64,000 nt of DNA from an uncultured Clostridia bacterium (GCA_944385895.1 CALWYZ010000005.1:55602-119601), one strand, 5' to 3'; positions 48,328 through 59,028 are shown, counted from the stretch's first letter. Program-made: numbers and translations. The notes: generated from the letters alone by a model not told the origin.

Positions 48328-49941
48328 CTATTCTATCGAAAAGATATAATGATATACAGGCTGACCGCCCGGAAGTACAATCACCTCAGCGTCAGGAGCC
48401 ATCGCCTCTATAATCTGACCCGTCTTTTCCGCTTCGCTTTCAGTAACGTTTTCGCCGTAGTATATATTTATAAATTCTCCGCCGTCCTTAAGCAGTTGTT
48501 TAAACATCTCGGATATAAGTGTGTCCATTGAATCCTCAACATATGACACCTTGCCCTCAATAAGACCCAAAAGCTGACCTTCATGTATCTCTTTTCCGTC
48601 AAACTCACTGTCACGTGCCGCATATGTCACCTGTGCGGTACGGACTGAGCCTATTGCATCAGTCATTGCCTCAGCTGCCTGTTCAGGCTCCAGAGAATCA
48701 TCAAAATTGAGAAGAGCAGTAATCCCCTGCGGAATTGTTTTTGTACCTATTACTATAACATTTCTGCTTGACAGCTGGACGGCCTGCTGAGCAGCCATTA
48801 TAATGTTTTTATTATTAGGCAGTACAAACACATTTTCAGCAGTGGTCTTTTCAATGGCTGCAACAATATCGTCTGTTGACGGGTTCATTGTCTGTCCACC
48901 CTCAACTATGACATCTACTCCCATATCCTTAAACAGATTTGCCAGACCTTCTCCCGCAGCAACTGACACAAAGCCATATTTTTTATCTATCTTCGGAGTT
49001 TCGGCTTTCTTTTCTTTAAACTGTTCGCGCATATTTTCGACTTTCATATTAACAAGCGAGCCGAATCTGAGCGCCTCTTCGAATGCACGTCCCGGATGGT
49101 TGGTATGGACATGAACTTTTATGATTTCACCGTCATCAACCACAACAACGCAGTCACCGATTGATTCAAGATATTTTCTAAGTTCACTTGAATCGTTTTT
49201 CGGTGCGCTGGATTCCTTATTTACTATATACTCAGTACAATACGCAAAAACTATATCCTCTTCACTCTCGAAAATATTAAATTCCGAGAAATCGGCAGGT
49301 ATTTCCGCCTCTACCTGGCCGCTGCTTTCTATCGGCTTGCCGTCAAGACAAGACAGCATGCCCTCAAGTATAACTACCAGTCCCTTTCCGCCTGCATCGA
49401 CTACATTTGCCTGTTTCAGTACAGGAAGCATATCAGGGGTTTTTTCAAGAGTTTGCTTTGCCATATCAAGATAATAAGCGAATGTATCACGTTCCGAAAC
49501 GCTTTTCTGAGCGTATACCGATGTATTTTCAGCCGCGACACGCGCGACTGTCAGGATTGTACCTTCTGTCGGCTTCATGACAGCACCGTAAGCAGCTGAA
49601 ACTCCTGATGTAAAAGCCTTGGCAAGCGTCTTTGAATCCGCGCTTTGCTGTCCTGCAAGACCTTTGGCGATGCCGCGGAACAAAAGCGATAATATAACAC
49701 CGCTGTTGCCGCGCGCCCCTTTGAGAAGAGACGACGCGACCATATTGGCAATCTCGGATATATCTTTATCATTCACATTGCGCATTGTTTTAGCCGCAGC
49801 AGAGATGGTAAGTGACATATTTGTTCCCGTATCCCCATCCGGTACCGGAAAAACATTGAGCGCATTTATCGAGTTTTTCTGATTTTCTATATTGTTTGCA
49901 GCGGATATAACCATATCCCTGAACATATTACCGGTTATCAT
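48328..49941 (-). CDS. DAK2 (DhaL) domain protein, YloV-like
   Basis: 537 aa, ...NVFPVPDGDTGTNMSLT...; follows an Asp23 gene as in the yloU-yloV pair. Confidence 0.88.
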   Translation of the reverse strand: MITGNMFRDMVISAANNIENQKNSINALNVFPVPDGDTGTNMSLTISAAAKTMRNVNDKDISEIANMVASSLLKGARGNSGVILSLLFRGIAKGLAGQQSADSKTLAKAFTSGVSAAYGAVMKPTEGTILTVARVAAENTSVYAQKSVSERDTFAYYLDMAKQTLEKTPDMLPVLKQANVVDAGGKGLVVILEGMLSCLDGKPIESSGQVEAEIPADFSEFNIFESEEDIVFAYCTEYIVNKESSAPKNDSSELRKYLESIGDCVVVVDDGEIIKVHVHTNHPGRAFEEALRFGSLVNMKVENMREQFKEKKAETPKIDKKYGFVSVAAGEGLANLFKDMGVDVIVEGGQTMNPSTDDIVAAIEKTTAENVFVLPNNKNIIMAAQQAVQLSSRNVIVIGTKTIPQGITALLNFDDSLEPEQAAEAMTDAIGSVRTAQVTYAARDSEFDGKEIHEGQLLGLIEGKVSYVEDSMDTLISEMFKQLLKDGGEFINIYYGENVTESEAEKTGQIIEAMAPDAEVIVLPGGQPVYHYIFSIE

Positions 49942-49956
49942 TAAAGTTTTGTCTCC

Positions 49957-50307
49957 TTAGTTTGTCTTCATTGCATCAATGTAAACATTGACCTTTTTAA
50001 CCCTGAATCCTGTCATTTTTTCTACGATATATTTTACTTCCTTTGCTATGCTTCCGGAAATTGCAGGAAGATTTATACCATAGCTTACAATTATATGAAC
50101 ATCAATTACAAGGTTATCACCGTCAGCTGTCACCTTAACACCTTTGTCATAGTTTTCCTTTTTCAAAAGCGAAACTATGCCCTCGGCTGTATTTTTAGAT
50201 GCCATTCCGACAACACCGTAACAATTATTTATCACATTTCCTACGATATTGGCAAACACCGTCTGAGAAATTGTGATCTGACCGTTATGGTTTTTTATTT
50301 CCAACAT
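49957..50307 (-). CDS. Asp23/Gls24 family envelope-stress protein (YloU-like)
   Basis: 116 aa, ...ITISQTVFANIVGNVINNCYGVVGM... Confidence 0.85.
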   Translation of the reverse strand: MLEIKNHNGQITISQTVFANIVGNVINNCYGVVGMASKNTAEGIVSLLKKENYDKGVKVTADGDNLVIDVHIIVSYGINLPAISGSIAKEVKYIVEKMTGFRVKKVNVYIDAMKTN

Positions 50308-50399
50308 CTTTAAGCTCCTCCTTTATTAAGTGGTAGTTGCTTTTCAATACCGTTTATCGTATTAAAATATTACCGTTTAAAAAATGGTTATCTATTGTC

Positions 50400-50427
50400 A
50401 TTATACCATTTTTCTCATATATTACAA
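50400..50427 (-). promoter_or_regulatory. Sigma-A-type promoter candidate for the asp23-yloV unit
   Basis: Minus strand TTGTAA, 16 nt, TGgTATAAT. Confidence 0.5.
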
Positions 50428-50460
50428 CCTTTTTTTAAAAATAAGTATTTGTATACGCCA

Positions 50461-50488
50461 AAAAGCGGACAATTTCTTGCCCGCTTTT
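50461..50488 (-). terminator. Intrinsic terminator after dnaJ
   Basis: aaaagcgg...ccgctttt hairpin 3 nt past the dnaJ stop. Confidence 0.7.
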
Positions 50489-50491
50489 TAA

Positions 50492-51649
50492 CTATTTGAA
50501 AAATTTATTTATTTTTTGAAAAAAGGAAGTCTTCTTTTCAAGATTCTTATCCGTAAGTGTTTTTGCAAATTCAGACAGCAGTTGCTTTTGCTTTGCAGTC
50601 AGATTTCTGGGTATTTCCACCGTGACCGTGACATACATATCACCTCTGCTTTTACTTGCAAGTTTTGGTATGCCTTTTCCCTTAAATCTGAATGTGCTGT
50701 CTGTTTGTGTGCCTTCCGGTATATTATATTTTATTTTTCCGTCCAGCGTAGGAATTATCATTTCACAGCCGAGTGCCGCATCAGTAAAGGAGATAGGAAT
50801 TTCGCAATATATATCATTTCCTCTCCTGTCAAAGATTTTATGTGCAGCAACCGATACGGTAATATATACATCACCAGCCGGTCCGCCGTTGCGTCCCGAG
50901 TTGCCCTGCTCTCGCAGTGTCAGTGTCTGGCCGTTATCAATTCCCGCAGGTATTTTTACCTTGGTATGTTTATTCTCAGTAACAACGCCGCCCTGACAGT
51001 CTGGACAGGGAGTTTTTATACGTTTGCCTGTACCTGAACAAGCAGGACATGTACGCTGTGACTGAACATTACCCAGTATGGTACGCTGTACTGTTGATAC
51101 AACGCCTTTGCCGCCGCACTGTGAGCAGGTTTCAAATTCCGTTCCGCCCTTGGCACCGGTTCCCTTACATGATTTACAGGTACACCGTCTTGTATAACGT
51201 ATCTCCTTTTCACAGCCGAACGCCGCTTCGGTAAATTCTATATTTATTCTAAGGTGTATATCCTCACCCTTTGCCGGTGCATTGGCACGGCGGGTTGCAC
51301 CTCCTATACCGCCACCGAAAAAGGTATCGAATATATCCCCGAAGCCGCCGAAACCGCCGAAATCGCCAAAGCCGCCCATTCCGCCTGTGCCTGCGCCTGC
51401 ACCTGTGCCTCCGTATGACGGATCTACTCCGGCATGCCCGAACTGGTCATAACGAGCTTTTTTATCGGCATCGGAAAGTACGCTGTACGCTTCGTTTACC
51501 TCTTTAAATTTGGCTTCCGCCTCTTTGTTTCCGGGATTCAGATCAGGATGGTATTTCTTTGCCATTTTTTTAAATGCGCGTTTTATTTCATCCTCACTTG
51601 CTCCCTTGGAAACTCCGAGAACTTCATAATAGTCTCTTTTTTCTGCCAT
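50492..51649 (-). CDS. dnaJ: Chaperone DnaJ
   Basis: [13 protein letters not shown]... J-domain HPD, G/F-rich region, four CxxCxGxG zinc motifs; start ATG 51649 (RBS AGAGG). Confidence 0.97.
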   Translation of the reverse strand: MAEKRDYYEVLGVSKGASEDEIKRAFKKMAKKYHPDLNPGNKEAEAKFKEVNEAYSVLSDADKKARYDQFGHAGVDPSYGGTGAGAGTGGMGGFGDFGGFGGFGDIFDTFFGGGIGGATRRANAPAKGEDIHLRINIEFTEAAFGCEKEIRYTRRCTCKSCKGTGAKGGTEFETCSQCGGKGVVSTVQRTILGNVQSQRTCPACSGTGKRIKTPCPDCQGGVVTENKHTKVKIPAGIDNGQTLTLREQGNSGRNGGPAGDVYITVSVAAHKIFDRRGNDIYCEIPISFTDAALGCEMIIPTLDGKIKYNIPEGTQTDSTFRFKGKGIPKLASKSRGDMYVTVTVEIPRNLTAKQKQLLSEFAKTLTDKNLEKKTSFFQKINKFFK

Positions 51650-51704
51650 ATGTTTGACCTCTTGATAAGCAGCACACAAGCCGCCTTATTATATAACCGT
51701 GCTT

Positions 51705-51730
51705 TGCCCTGCCGCAAATGCGGCAGGGCA
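51705..51730 (-). other. GC-rich hairpin between dnaK and dnaJ (attenuator or processing/stability element)
   Basis: tgccctgccgc aaat gcggcagggca, 11-bp perfect stem; no clear U-tract on the minus strand. Confidence 0.5.
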
Positions 51731-51746
51731 GCCAGTTTTAAGTTAT

Positions 51747-53579
51747 TTATTTTTTATCATCAGCATCCGTAAAATCGGCATCATATACATTGCCGTTATT
51801 CTGCGACTCCTGCTGCTGTTGGGCAGCATTTGCGTCCTGCTGCGGATTTGCCTGAGAATAGATTTTAGATGATAACTCATAAAGTTTGCTCTGAAGTTCA
51901 TCCGCTGCAGCTTTTATCGCCGCGCTGTCAGTACCCTTAAGAGCCTCTTTTACCTTCTCAACCTGAGAGTTTACAGCGCTCTTATCATCAGCCGTAAGCT
52001 TATCTCCAGCATCATTTATTGTCTTCTCTGTCTGATAAACAAGCTGATCGGCATTGTTTCTGATCTCAATTTCCTCTTTTTTCTTGGCATCCTCGCCGGC
52101 ATAATTTTCAGCGTCCTTTACGGCTTTTTCTATCTCCTCTTTTGAAAGGTTTGTAGAAGCTGTAATCGTTATATTCTGCTGTTTGCCTGTGCCCAGGTCC
52201 TTAGCCGTAACATTGACGATACCGTTTGCATCTATATCAAAGGTAACCTCAATCTGCGGTACGCCACGGGGAGCGGGTGCAATCCCGTCGAGTCTGAATC
52301 TACCAAGAGTTTTATTGTCCGCAGCCATTTCACGCTCGCCCTGGAGCACATGTATTTCAACCGACGGCTGATTATCTACTGCTGTAGAAAAGATCTGACT
52401 CTTTTTGGTCGGTATTGTTGTATTTCTTTCAATAAGCTTTGTGCAGATTCCACCGAGTGTTTCAAGTCCGAGTGACAGCGGTGTAACATCCAAAAGAACA
52501 ACACCCTTTACATCTCCGCCGAGAACACCACCCTGTATGGCAGCACCCATAGCAACGCATTCATCAGGATTAAGTCCCTTATGCGCTTCCTGTCCCATAT
52601 ATTTGTTGATTGCATCGACAACAGCCGGTATTCTTGTAGAACCGCCGACCAAAAGCACCTTGTTTATGTCGGAAGGCTTAAGTCCGGCGTCTGACAGAGC
52701 CTGTTTTACAGGTCCCATAGTCTTTTCAACAAGATCAGCTGTCATCTTGTTGAATTCAGCTCTGGTAAGTGTTAGATCAAGATGCTTAGGACCTGTTGCA
52801 TCAGCCGTAATAAACGGCAGATTGATATTTGTGCTGAGTACTCCGGACAGATCCTTTTTAGCCTTTTCAGCAGCCTCTTTCAATCTCTGATACGCCATAC
52901 TGTCCTGTTTAAGGTCAATACCGTTGGATGCCTTGAACTGATCAGCCATCCAATTTATTATCTTATCGTCAAAATCATCACCGCCAAGACGGTTATTACC
53001 GCTTGTTGCCAGAACCTCGCATACACCGTCGCCTATTTCAAGAATAGACACATCAAATGTACCGCCGCCCAGGTCATATATCATGATTTTCTGTTCGCTT
53101 TCCTTATCAACGCCGTAAGCAAGTGCTGCAGCTGTCGGTTCATTTATTATACGCAGAACTTCCAGACCCGCGATTTTACCGGCGTCTTTTGTAGCTTGTC
53201 GCTGTGAATCGCTGAAGTATGCCGGGACTGTAATTACCGCCTGTGTTACTTTTTCGCCCAAGAACGCTTCTGCATCAGTTTTTAATTTCATAAGGATAAA
53301 TGCAGATATCTCCTCAGGAGAATACTTTTTGCCGTCTATTTCTATTCTTTTATCGGAACCCATATCTCTCTTTATGGAAATGACAGTCCTGTCCGGATTT
53401 GTTATAGCCTGGTTTTTAGCGTTCTGTCCAACAAGACGTTCACCGTTTTTTGCAAAAGCTACAACAGACGGTGTTGTACGCATTCCTTCCGCGTTTGCTA
53501 TTACAGTAGGCTCGCCGCCTTCCATGACCGCCACACATGAGTTTGTCGTTCCTAAATCGATTCCTATTATCTTGCTCAT
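51747..53579 (-). CDS. dnaK: Chaperone DnaK (Hsp70)
   Basis: [22 protein letters not shown]...; start ATG 53579 (RBS GGAGG). Confidence 0.98.
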   Translation of the reverse strand: MSKIIGIDLGTTNSCVAVMEGGEPTVIANAEGMRTTPSVVAFAKNGERLVGQNAKNQAITNPDRTVISIKRDMGSDKRIEIDGKKYSPEEISAFILMKLKTDAEAFLGEKVTQAVITVPAYFSDSQRQATKDAGKIAGLEVLRIINEPTAAALAYGVDKESEQKIMIYDLGGGTFDVSILEIGDGVCEVLATSGNNRLGGDDFDDKIINWMADQFKASNGIDLKQDSMAYQRLKEAAEKAKKDLSGVLSTNINLPFITADATGPKHLDLTLTRAEFNKMTADLVEKTMGPVKQALSDAGLKPSDINKVLLVGGSTRIPAVVDAINKYMGQEAHKGLNPDECVAMGAAIQGGVLGGDVKGVVLLDVTPLSLGLETLGGICTKLIERNTTIPTKKSQIFSTAVDNQPSVEIHVLQGEREMAADNKTLGRFRLDGIAPAPRGVPQIEVTFDIDANGIVNVTAKDLGTGKQQNITITASTNLSKEEIEKAVKDAENYAGEDAKKKEEIEIRNNADQLVYQTEKTINDAGDKLTADDKSAVNSQVEKVKEALKGTDSAAIKAAADELQSKLYELSSKIYSQANPQQDANAAQQQQESQNNGNVYDADFTDADDKK

Positions 53580-53594
53580 ATTATCTACCTCCAA

Positions 53595-54152
53595 TTAATT
53601 AGCTACTTTCACGACTGCATGTCGTAATATTGTTTCATCTTTATATATATATCCCTTTTGGAATACTTCCACTATTTCATCCTCGCCGTACTGCTCATCA
53701 TCGATGTGCATTATGGCGTTATGCTTTTTAGGATCAAATTTTTGACCCTTGCAGTCCAGTTCTTTGACACCAAGAGACTCTAATGACGATATCATCTGCT
53801 TGTATATCATATCTATCCCGTTGCGAAACTCCTCATCACTGCTTTTGCTATTAAGTGCGCGTTCAAAGTTGTCTATTACGGGCAGAATTGCAAGCACAAC
53901 CTTTGATATACCATCAGAAAACATACTGTCTTTTTCCTTTTGAGTACGCTTACGGTAATTATCATACTCCGCAAGCATACGCAAATACGTATCATTAAGC
54001 TGGTTGAATTTTAATTCAAATTCATTTTCTTTTTTCTTTTTCGGTACCGACTTTTTTTCTTTGGGCTGTTTTTCGTCAATTTCATTGACAGCAGGCGTAT
54101 CCGGTACTTCCTGCTTATTTTCTTGATTGCTGGTCTTATCATTCTCCGACAT
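53595..54152 (-). CDS. grpE: Nucleotide exchange factor GrpE
   Basis: 185 aa, ...LRMLAEYDNYRKRTQKEKD...; operon position. Confidence 0.95.
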   Translation of the reverse strand: MSENDKTSNQENKQEVPDTPAVNEIDEKQPKEKKSVPKKKKENEFELKFNQLNDTYLRMLAEYDNYRKRTQKEKDSMFSDGISKVVLAILPVIDNFERALNSKSSDEEFRNGIDMIYKQMISSLESLGVKELDCKGQKFDPKKHNAIMHIDDEQYGEDEIVEVFQKGYIYKDETILRHAVVKVAN

Positions 54153-55179
54153 TATTCTGCCCCCTGTCTTTTAAATATCTCTCTATACATTTAATAAAGT
54201 ATTCAACCTGTGAAACTGTTTTTCCGTAATCCATTCTCTTGGGTCCGAACAGACTGAATGTATATTCATTTCCATCGCCGTTGTACCTGCGCACAACAAG
54301 GCCCATATCGCTCAGCGTTTCTCCTCCTATCTCGCTTCCTATTATTATGTTGAGCATATTGTCAGGGTTTTTATTCAAAACTCCATAAACCTGCTCCTCC
54401 TGGCTTAAAAACGACATGACGTTTTTAGCTTTATGAATTTCATAAAATTCGGGATACGAAAGCATTTTTTCCTGTCCGCTTATAAATACATGCGGTTTCT
54501 TTATACTCGATACTATATTTTTTATTACTCCTGCTATAAAGTCCCAGTTGTTTTGTTTGCGGGCAAGTTCCTTTTCCAGGTTATCCAGCATTTCGTCGTC
54601 AAGATATCCCACATTTGTATTTCCAATATAACTTTCCAGCGTTTTATTAAGCTCCAAAACCTCCTCGTCACTAGCCAAAAAGTAAAGTCTGCAAAAGCTG
54701 TTTTTGACTACTCCGCTCTTTGTTATAACAATAAGGTTTATCATATTATCCGCCGATTTCACGACTTCCATCTTGATTATCCGGTCATCGTCGTTATGAG
54801 ATATCACGGCGGCGCTGGTGTAGCCTGTTATTTTTGAAAATGCTGATATTGCGGTCTTAAAAAATTCGTCAATACTCATAGTGCTGTTCTGAATAGCATT
54901 GTCAAGACTCAGAGCCAGCTGTTTGTCAAGTTCTTTATGCGGCAGAAGATTGTCAACATAATATCTGTACCCTGCTTCTGTCGGTATCCTTCCCGCAGAT
55001 GTGTGAGGCTGTTTCAAATATCCCAGCCTTTCAAGCTCTGACAAATCGTTTCTAACTGTGGCTGACGATACGTTCATATCTTCCTCCCGTTCAAGCACAC
55101 CCTTGCTTGAAACAGGTTCTCCGTTTTCAATATATGATTCAATCACAGATCTGAGTATGCGATTTAAACGTTCTTTCAT
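54139..55179 (-). CDS. hrcA: Heat-inducible transcription repressor HrcA
   Basis: MKERLNRILRSVIESYIENGEPVSSKGVL... I prefer ATG 55179 (RBS AGGTGA). The TTG at 55194 sits 6 nt from CIRCE with no RBS. Confidence 0.93.
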   Translation of the reverse strand: MKERLNRILRSVIESYIENGEPVSSKGVLEREEDMNVSSATVRNDLSELERLGYLKQPHTSAGRIPTEAGYRYYVDNLLPHKELDKQLALSLDNAIQNSTMSIDEFFKTAISAFSKITGYTSAAVISHNDDDRIIKMEVVKSADNMINLIVITKSGVVKNSFCRLYFLASDEEVLELNKTLESYIGNTNVGYLDDEMLDNLEKELARKQNNWDFIAGVIKNIVSSIKKPHVFISGQEKMLSYPEFYEIHKAKNVMSFLSQEEQVYGVLNKNPDNMLNIIIGSEIGGETLSDMGLVVRRYNGDGNEYTFSLFGPKRMDYGKTVSQVEYFIKCIERYLKDRGQNNVGE

Positions 55180-55200
55180 TTGTTTCACCTGCAATTTGGT

Positions 55201-55227
55201 TTAGCACTCTAGGCTCTTGAGTGCTAA
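55201..55227. promoter_or_regulatory. CIRCE operator (HrcA binding site)
   Basis: Perfect match to TTAGCACTC-N9-GAGTGCTAA: ttagcactc taggctctt gagtgctaa. Confidence 0.95.
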
Positions 55228-55234
55228 CGAATAT

Positions 55235-55263
55235 AATTTAGCACTATTTTATCACTTTGTCAA
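55235..55263 (-). promoter_or_regulatory. Sigma-A-type promoter candidate of the hrcA operon
   Basis: Minus strand TTGACA (55263-55258), 17 nt, TAAATT; CIRCE begins 8 nt downstream. Confidence 0.55.
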
Positions 55264-55363
55264 TAGTTTTATTCAAAAAATAATTTAAGTCTATTGACAA
55301 TTAATATATTGTTAATATATACTAAAAACATAAGACACAATAATTAAAAAAGGAGGCCGCTGT

Positions 55364-55588
55364 ATGGCAGAATTTACCTTTGAAATAACCGAGACTTTCG
55401 GGAAGCTGCCGGTTAATTCCAATGGTTGGGCTAAAGCGCTTAACAAAGTCAGTTGGATGGGCAGAGATCCCAAATACGATTTGAGAGAGTGGTCTCCGGA
55501 TTGTTCCAAAATGAACAAAGGCATTTCTTTTACAACGGAAGAGCTTTTGGCATTACGCGACATTCTTAACGAAATGGATATAAAATAA
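55364..55588 (+). CDS. YdbC/PC4-like ssDNA-binding protein (DUF2128)
   Basis: 74 aa, MAEFTFEITETFGKLPVNSNGWAKALNKVSWMGRDPKYDLREWSPD...GISFTTEEL matches the YdbC family pattern (recollection of L. lactis YdbC). Confidence 0.72.
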   Translation: MAEFTFEITETFGKLPVNSNGWAKALNKVSWMGRDPKYDLREWSPDCSKMNKGISFTTEELLALRDILNEMDIK

Positions 55589-55594
55589 CAACTG

Positions 55595-55629
55595 AAAACC
55601 GGATCTGCAAATCAGCAGATCCGGTTTTT
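55595..55629 (+). terminator. Intrinsic terminator (bidirectional shape) after the ydbC-like gene
   Basis: aaaaccggatctgc / gcagatccggtttt 14-bp stem, 6-nt loop. Confidence 0.85.
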
Positions 55630-55672
55630 ATTATATACTTTAAAGAGACGCAGATGTAAATGGGGCAGGATA

Positions 55673-55873
55673 TTATAAGTCGCTGTTATCCCCGGATTGC
55701 TTCTCACTGTCTTCATCATCAAAATCATTTTCAAACATATAGCTGGCACAGTCAAGCTTTGACTTTTTATTTTTCAGATGCTTCAGAATAAAGAAAGTTG
55801 TCGCAACAGCAGCACATATGCCGATCAATACAGAGCAGATTATAATTATATTATTCTTGTTTCTCATAAACAT
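55673..55873 (-). CDS. Small single-TM protein with acidic C-terminal tail
   Basis: 66 aa, IIIICSVLIGICAAVATTFFIL then ...ENDFDDEDSEKQSGDNSDL; RBS AAGGAGG upstream. Confidence 0.5.
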   Translation of the reverse strand: MFMRNKNNIIIICSVLIGICAAVATTFFILKHLKNKKSKLDCASYMFENDFDDEDSEKQSGDNSDL

Positions 55874-56020
55874 CCTCCTTATATATATTTATTTTATTAT
55901 AAATGAAAAAGGCGCAAAATACAATAGAATTTCTTTTATTTTTCTCGTAATTTGGATTTATATTCTCAAACTACCGCATAAAACAGGATTACGGCAAAGT
56001 GTTTTACAATCGAAGCTATT

Positions 56021-56455
56021 TTATTTTTTTTTGAAAACAAATTTCAACATAAGTACAAGGCATAAAATTTCATTAAATATACCGCTCATAGCCATGGCAA
56101 AAGAACTGCTGGAAGTAAGCACAAAAAAGACAGTGACAAAAAGCTGACGCGTCAACCACAGCACAGCACTGACGAGTATAAATACAGCAATCTCGGTCAT
56201 CAAAACGTATACATTAGAAGTTTTTGACTTCAAAACGATAAACTTCATACAGACATAGAACACAACTGTCCACACACACCACGCAAGCAAGGCCGAATCC
56301 TGAGCTGTAAGTCCGTCTATGCAGGAAAACAGCACGTCTGTAAAATAGCGTATTACTTCGCACACAATTGCGGCCGCAAAATACAGAAAAAACATGCGCC
56401 TGTTATTATATATCCAATCCAAAAGGATATCTGTTTTACTTTTTCCTTGTTTCAA
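56021..56455 (-). CDS. 4-TM membrane protein, possibly GtrA-like
   Basis: 144 aa; four hydrophobic helices, basic termini; family guess weak. Confidence 0.4.
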   Translation of the reverse strand: MKQGKSKTDILLDWIYNNRRMFFLYFAAAIVCEVIRYFTDVLFSCIDGLTAQDSALLAWCVWTVVFYVCMKFIVLKSKTSNVYVLMTEIAVFILVSAVLWLTRQLFVTVFFVLTSSSSFAMAMSGIFNEILCLVLMLKFVFKKK

Positions 56456-56484
56456 ATTTTTCGTTCCATTTAAAAATAAGTAAT

Positions 56485-56512
56485 AAAAAACGCGGCCAAA
56501 GCCGCGTTTTTT
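56485..56512. terminator. Bidirectional-shaped terminator
   Basis: aaaaaacgcggc caaa gccgcgtttttt; lies after the stop of the 56519..57919 gene and upstream of the 56021..56455 gene. Confidence 0.8.
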
Positions 56513-56518
56513 ATTTTA

Positions 56519-57919
56519 TCAGTTCAGCGTGCTCGGATGATATTCGGCGTATACATCTTCAACAGATTCTTCAAAATCATAATCGAGCAAATAATAGTTT
56601 ACAAGATAGTTGCAGAAACGTCCATAGCTTTTGGGCTCTGTGGTATCCATTTCGATATCTCCTGCCTCCACATTATCTTCAAAGTTGACAAGCATAAGTT
56701 TGGCGACATCACAATAATCAGCAGACGGAAGCTTCTCCGATGCTGCGATATATTCAATATCACTTGAAAGACCGTAAAGTGTGTCAAGCTCTTTTACAAG
56801 CTGTACGTACTCTCTCTTTGCACTTTCTTTAAGAGCATTAGCCATATAAAGATGCAGGTTTTTACCGTTTTCGTTATAAAATACTGAGCTGAGCTCAAGA
56901 TATGCGTTAAAGTATCCTGAATAATTGATATAATAATCATCTGAATACTTTGTACAGATCAGGAATGCAATAAACGAAGCATCGCCGTCATCCGTATATC
57001 CGCGCTGTACAGCCATCATTTTTGCAATTTGCATAGGAATGATAACCTCGGGATAATCTGTATTCACGCAAAGCTCACCAGTGAAAGGTGAATAAATGCT
57101 GGAAATTCTGAATTTAGAATATATATCTGAAAATAAAAGTTCTTTTGCACTCAGAGCTTTACCCTTAAGCGTAGGAATATCCTGAGCTGCATTATCAAAA
57201 GCTTCGGAAATTTTTTGTGATATCACTTCGGTAGAACGGCCTGAGCTAGCGTACTTGGAAGAACCGTACTTATTAAAGAATATGTAATCGCTTCCGTAAT
57301 AAAGAGTGTTATTGATGCCGTCAATCAGATAGAGCATTGTTTTGCTGAAATCGTAGTTTGTAACTTTAGCGTTTGAATAATCGGTAGAGCTTGAAAGAGG
57401 ATCACGATATGTAAATACACCGTAACACATAGAAAACATGATAGAAAATGCACCGGCAACTGCAAGAAGCGTGTAACCAAATTGAACCCAAAGTCCGCCC
57501 TTGTGGAACTTGCCCTTTACCTGAACAGTTCTAACTATAATAAATACAAGGTATGCCAGAATTCCGAGTATAGCAGCACAGATAAGTATCTCCATCATAG
57601 AGATTGGGAATAAATTAAAGAATGATGCTATTGCTCCGGAAACACCGCTAAACGCCTTTGCAAGGCTTTCGTTTGCAACAAGATAAAGTATCAGACCAAC
57701 TATTCCGAGTACTACAAACACCCATTTAATAATTGAAGTGACAAGCGGTTTCATAAGCAAAACCTTAAGCTTTTCTCCCATTGTCATATCAATTTCAGAA
57801 TTTACCTTTTGATCGTTTAGATCGTCAAGCTCAAGTTCAACCTCCTGTGAGGTATCGCTGAAATTGTCAACTGCTGAAGTTTCTTCAGAAGATATTGTTT
57901 TTTCTAAGTTTTCGCTCAT
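56519..57919 (-). CDS. DUF3810-like membrane protein with degenerate metalloprotease motif
   Basis: 466 aa. Acidic N-terminus, 3-4 TM helices, then ...SPFTGELCVNTDYPEVIIPMQIAKMMAVQRGYTDDGDASFIAFLIC..., which resembles the DUF3810 core. Confidence 0.55.
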   Translation of the reverse strand: MSENLEKTISSEETSAVDNFSDTSQEVELELDDLNDQKVNSEIDMTMGEKLKVLLMKPLVTSIIKWVFVVLGIVGLILYLVANESLAKAFSGVSGAIASFFNLFPISMMEILICAAILGILAYLVFIIVRTVQVKGKFHKGGLWVQFGYTLLAVAGAFSIMFSMCYGVFTYRDPLSSSTDYSNAKVTNYDFSKTMLYLIDGINNTLYYGSDYIFFNKYGSSKYASSGRSTEVISQKISEAFDNAAQDIPTLKGKALSAKELLFSDIYSKFRISSIYSPFTGELCVNTDYPEVIIPMQIAKMMAVQRGYTDDGDASFIAFLICTKYSDDYYINYSGYFNAYLELSSVFYNENGKNLHLYMANALKESAKREYVQLVKELDTLYGLSSDIEYIAASEKLPSADYCDVAKLMLVNFEDNVEAGDIEMDTTEPKSYGRFCNYLVNYYLLDYDFEESVEDVYAEYHPSTLN

Positions 57920-58073
57920 GAATAATCCTCCTTGAACGCTGTATATATAATATACTATACTATTAAAGCTAAAAGTTCAATAGTAAATTTTAATTTTTTA
58001 ACAAAAAATAGTGTTTATTTATATTTTTTGTTCACATTAGACATTTTTGAAATGAAAATTTTGTGAAAATTCA

Positions 58074-58922
58074 CTATTGATTTTTTACCTCAAAAAGCAC
58101 CCCGAGAGTATTGGGCCCGCAATGGCTGGTAATAACGCATCCCGCGGTAGTAATCAGCAATTCATCGAATTTCACAAGGCTTTTAACCTTTTCTACCACC
58201 TGATTTATAAGCTCTTCATCACATTTTGTATGTGTCACAAAAACGCGGCGGGTATTAATATTTGGCAGCGAAAGCATATCCTCCGCATATTTAAGAGAAA
58301 CCTTATCATACATGCCGCGGTATTTGCCGCCCATTCCCATTTTACCGTTTTTAACTTCTATTCTCGGCTTGATTTTCAGTAGGTTGGCACCCAGAACTGC
58401 CACAGCCGAGCAGCGTCCTCCCATTCTGAGATATTCAAGATTATCCAGCACAAAGCTTGCTCTTACAAGAGGTACACGCTCACGCACAAGCTCGGCTATA
58501 CGGGCTGCAGGCAATTCCTGTTCCCTATAATCTGCGGCATCAAGAACCAAAAGACCTGAACCGGTAGACAGACTTAAAGTATCTATTACATGGACGTTTC
58601 CTACTTCCTTGGCTGCTATAACCGCGTTCTGATGGCTGGAAGACATATCGCTGGATATGTTGAAATGAATAACTTCCATTCCTGCCTCTGTATATTTTTT
58701 GAAAATTCCTGCATAATCGTCTACGGAAGCTGCGGACGTTTTTGGCAGAACATTGTTTTCGGCAACAAACTTATATATTCCGTCCGGATTTATGTCTATG
58801 CCATCGGCATATGACTCATCTCCTAATATTGTATAAAGAGGGATAACGGTGATATCATACTTTTCAACCAGCTCAGGCGAGAGATCGCATGTGCTGTCAA
58901 CAGTTATTTTTACAGCTGACAT
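58074..58922 (-). CDS. DegV-family fatty-acid-binding protein
   Basis: 282 aa, KITVDSTCDLSPELVEKYDITVIPL...TSAASV... Confidence 0.9.
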   Translation of the reverse strand: MSAVKITVDSTCDLSPELVEKYDITVIPLYTILGDESYADGIDINPDGIYKFVAENNVLPKTSAASVDDYAGIFKKYTEAGMEVIHFNISSDMSSSHQNAVIAAKEVGNVHVIDTLSLSTGSGLLVLDAADYREQELPAARIAELVRERVPLVRASFVLDNLEYLRMGGRCSAVAVLGANLLKIKPRIEVKNGKMGMGGKYRGMYDKVSLKYAEDMLSLPNINTRRVFVTHTKCDEELINQVVEKVKSLVKFDELLITTAGCVITSHCGPNTLGVLFEVKNQ

Positions 58923-59028
58923 TGATTTTCTCCGATCAAATTTATTTAATTACAGGCAGCAGCCTTACAACTATAATTGTAAACAAAATCGGTTTTATTG
59001 TCAAGATATACAATAACTTAAATTATAA

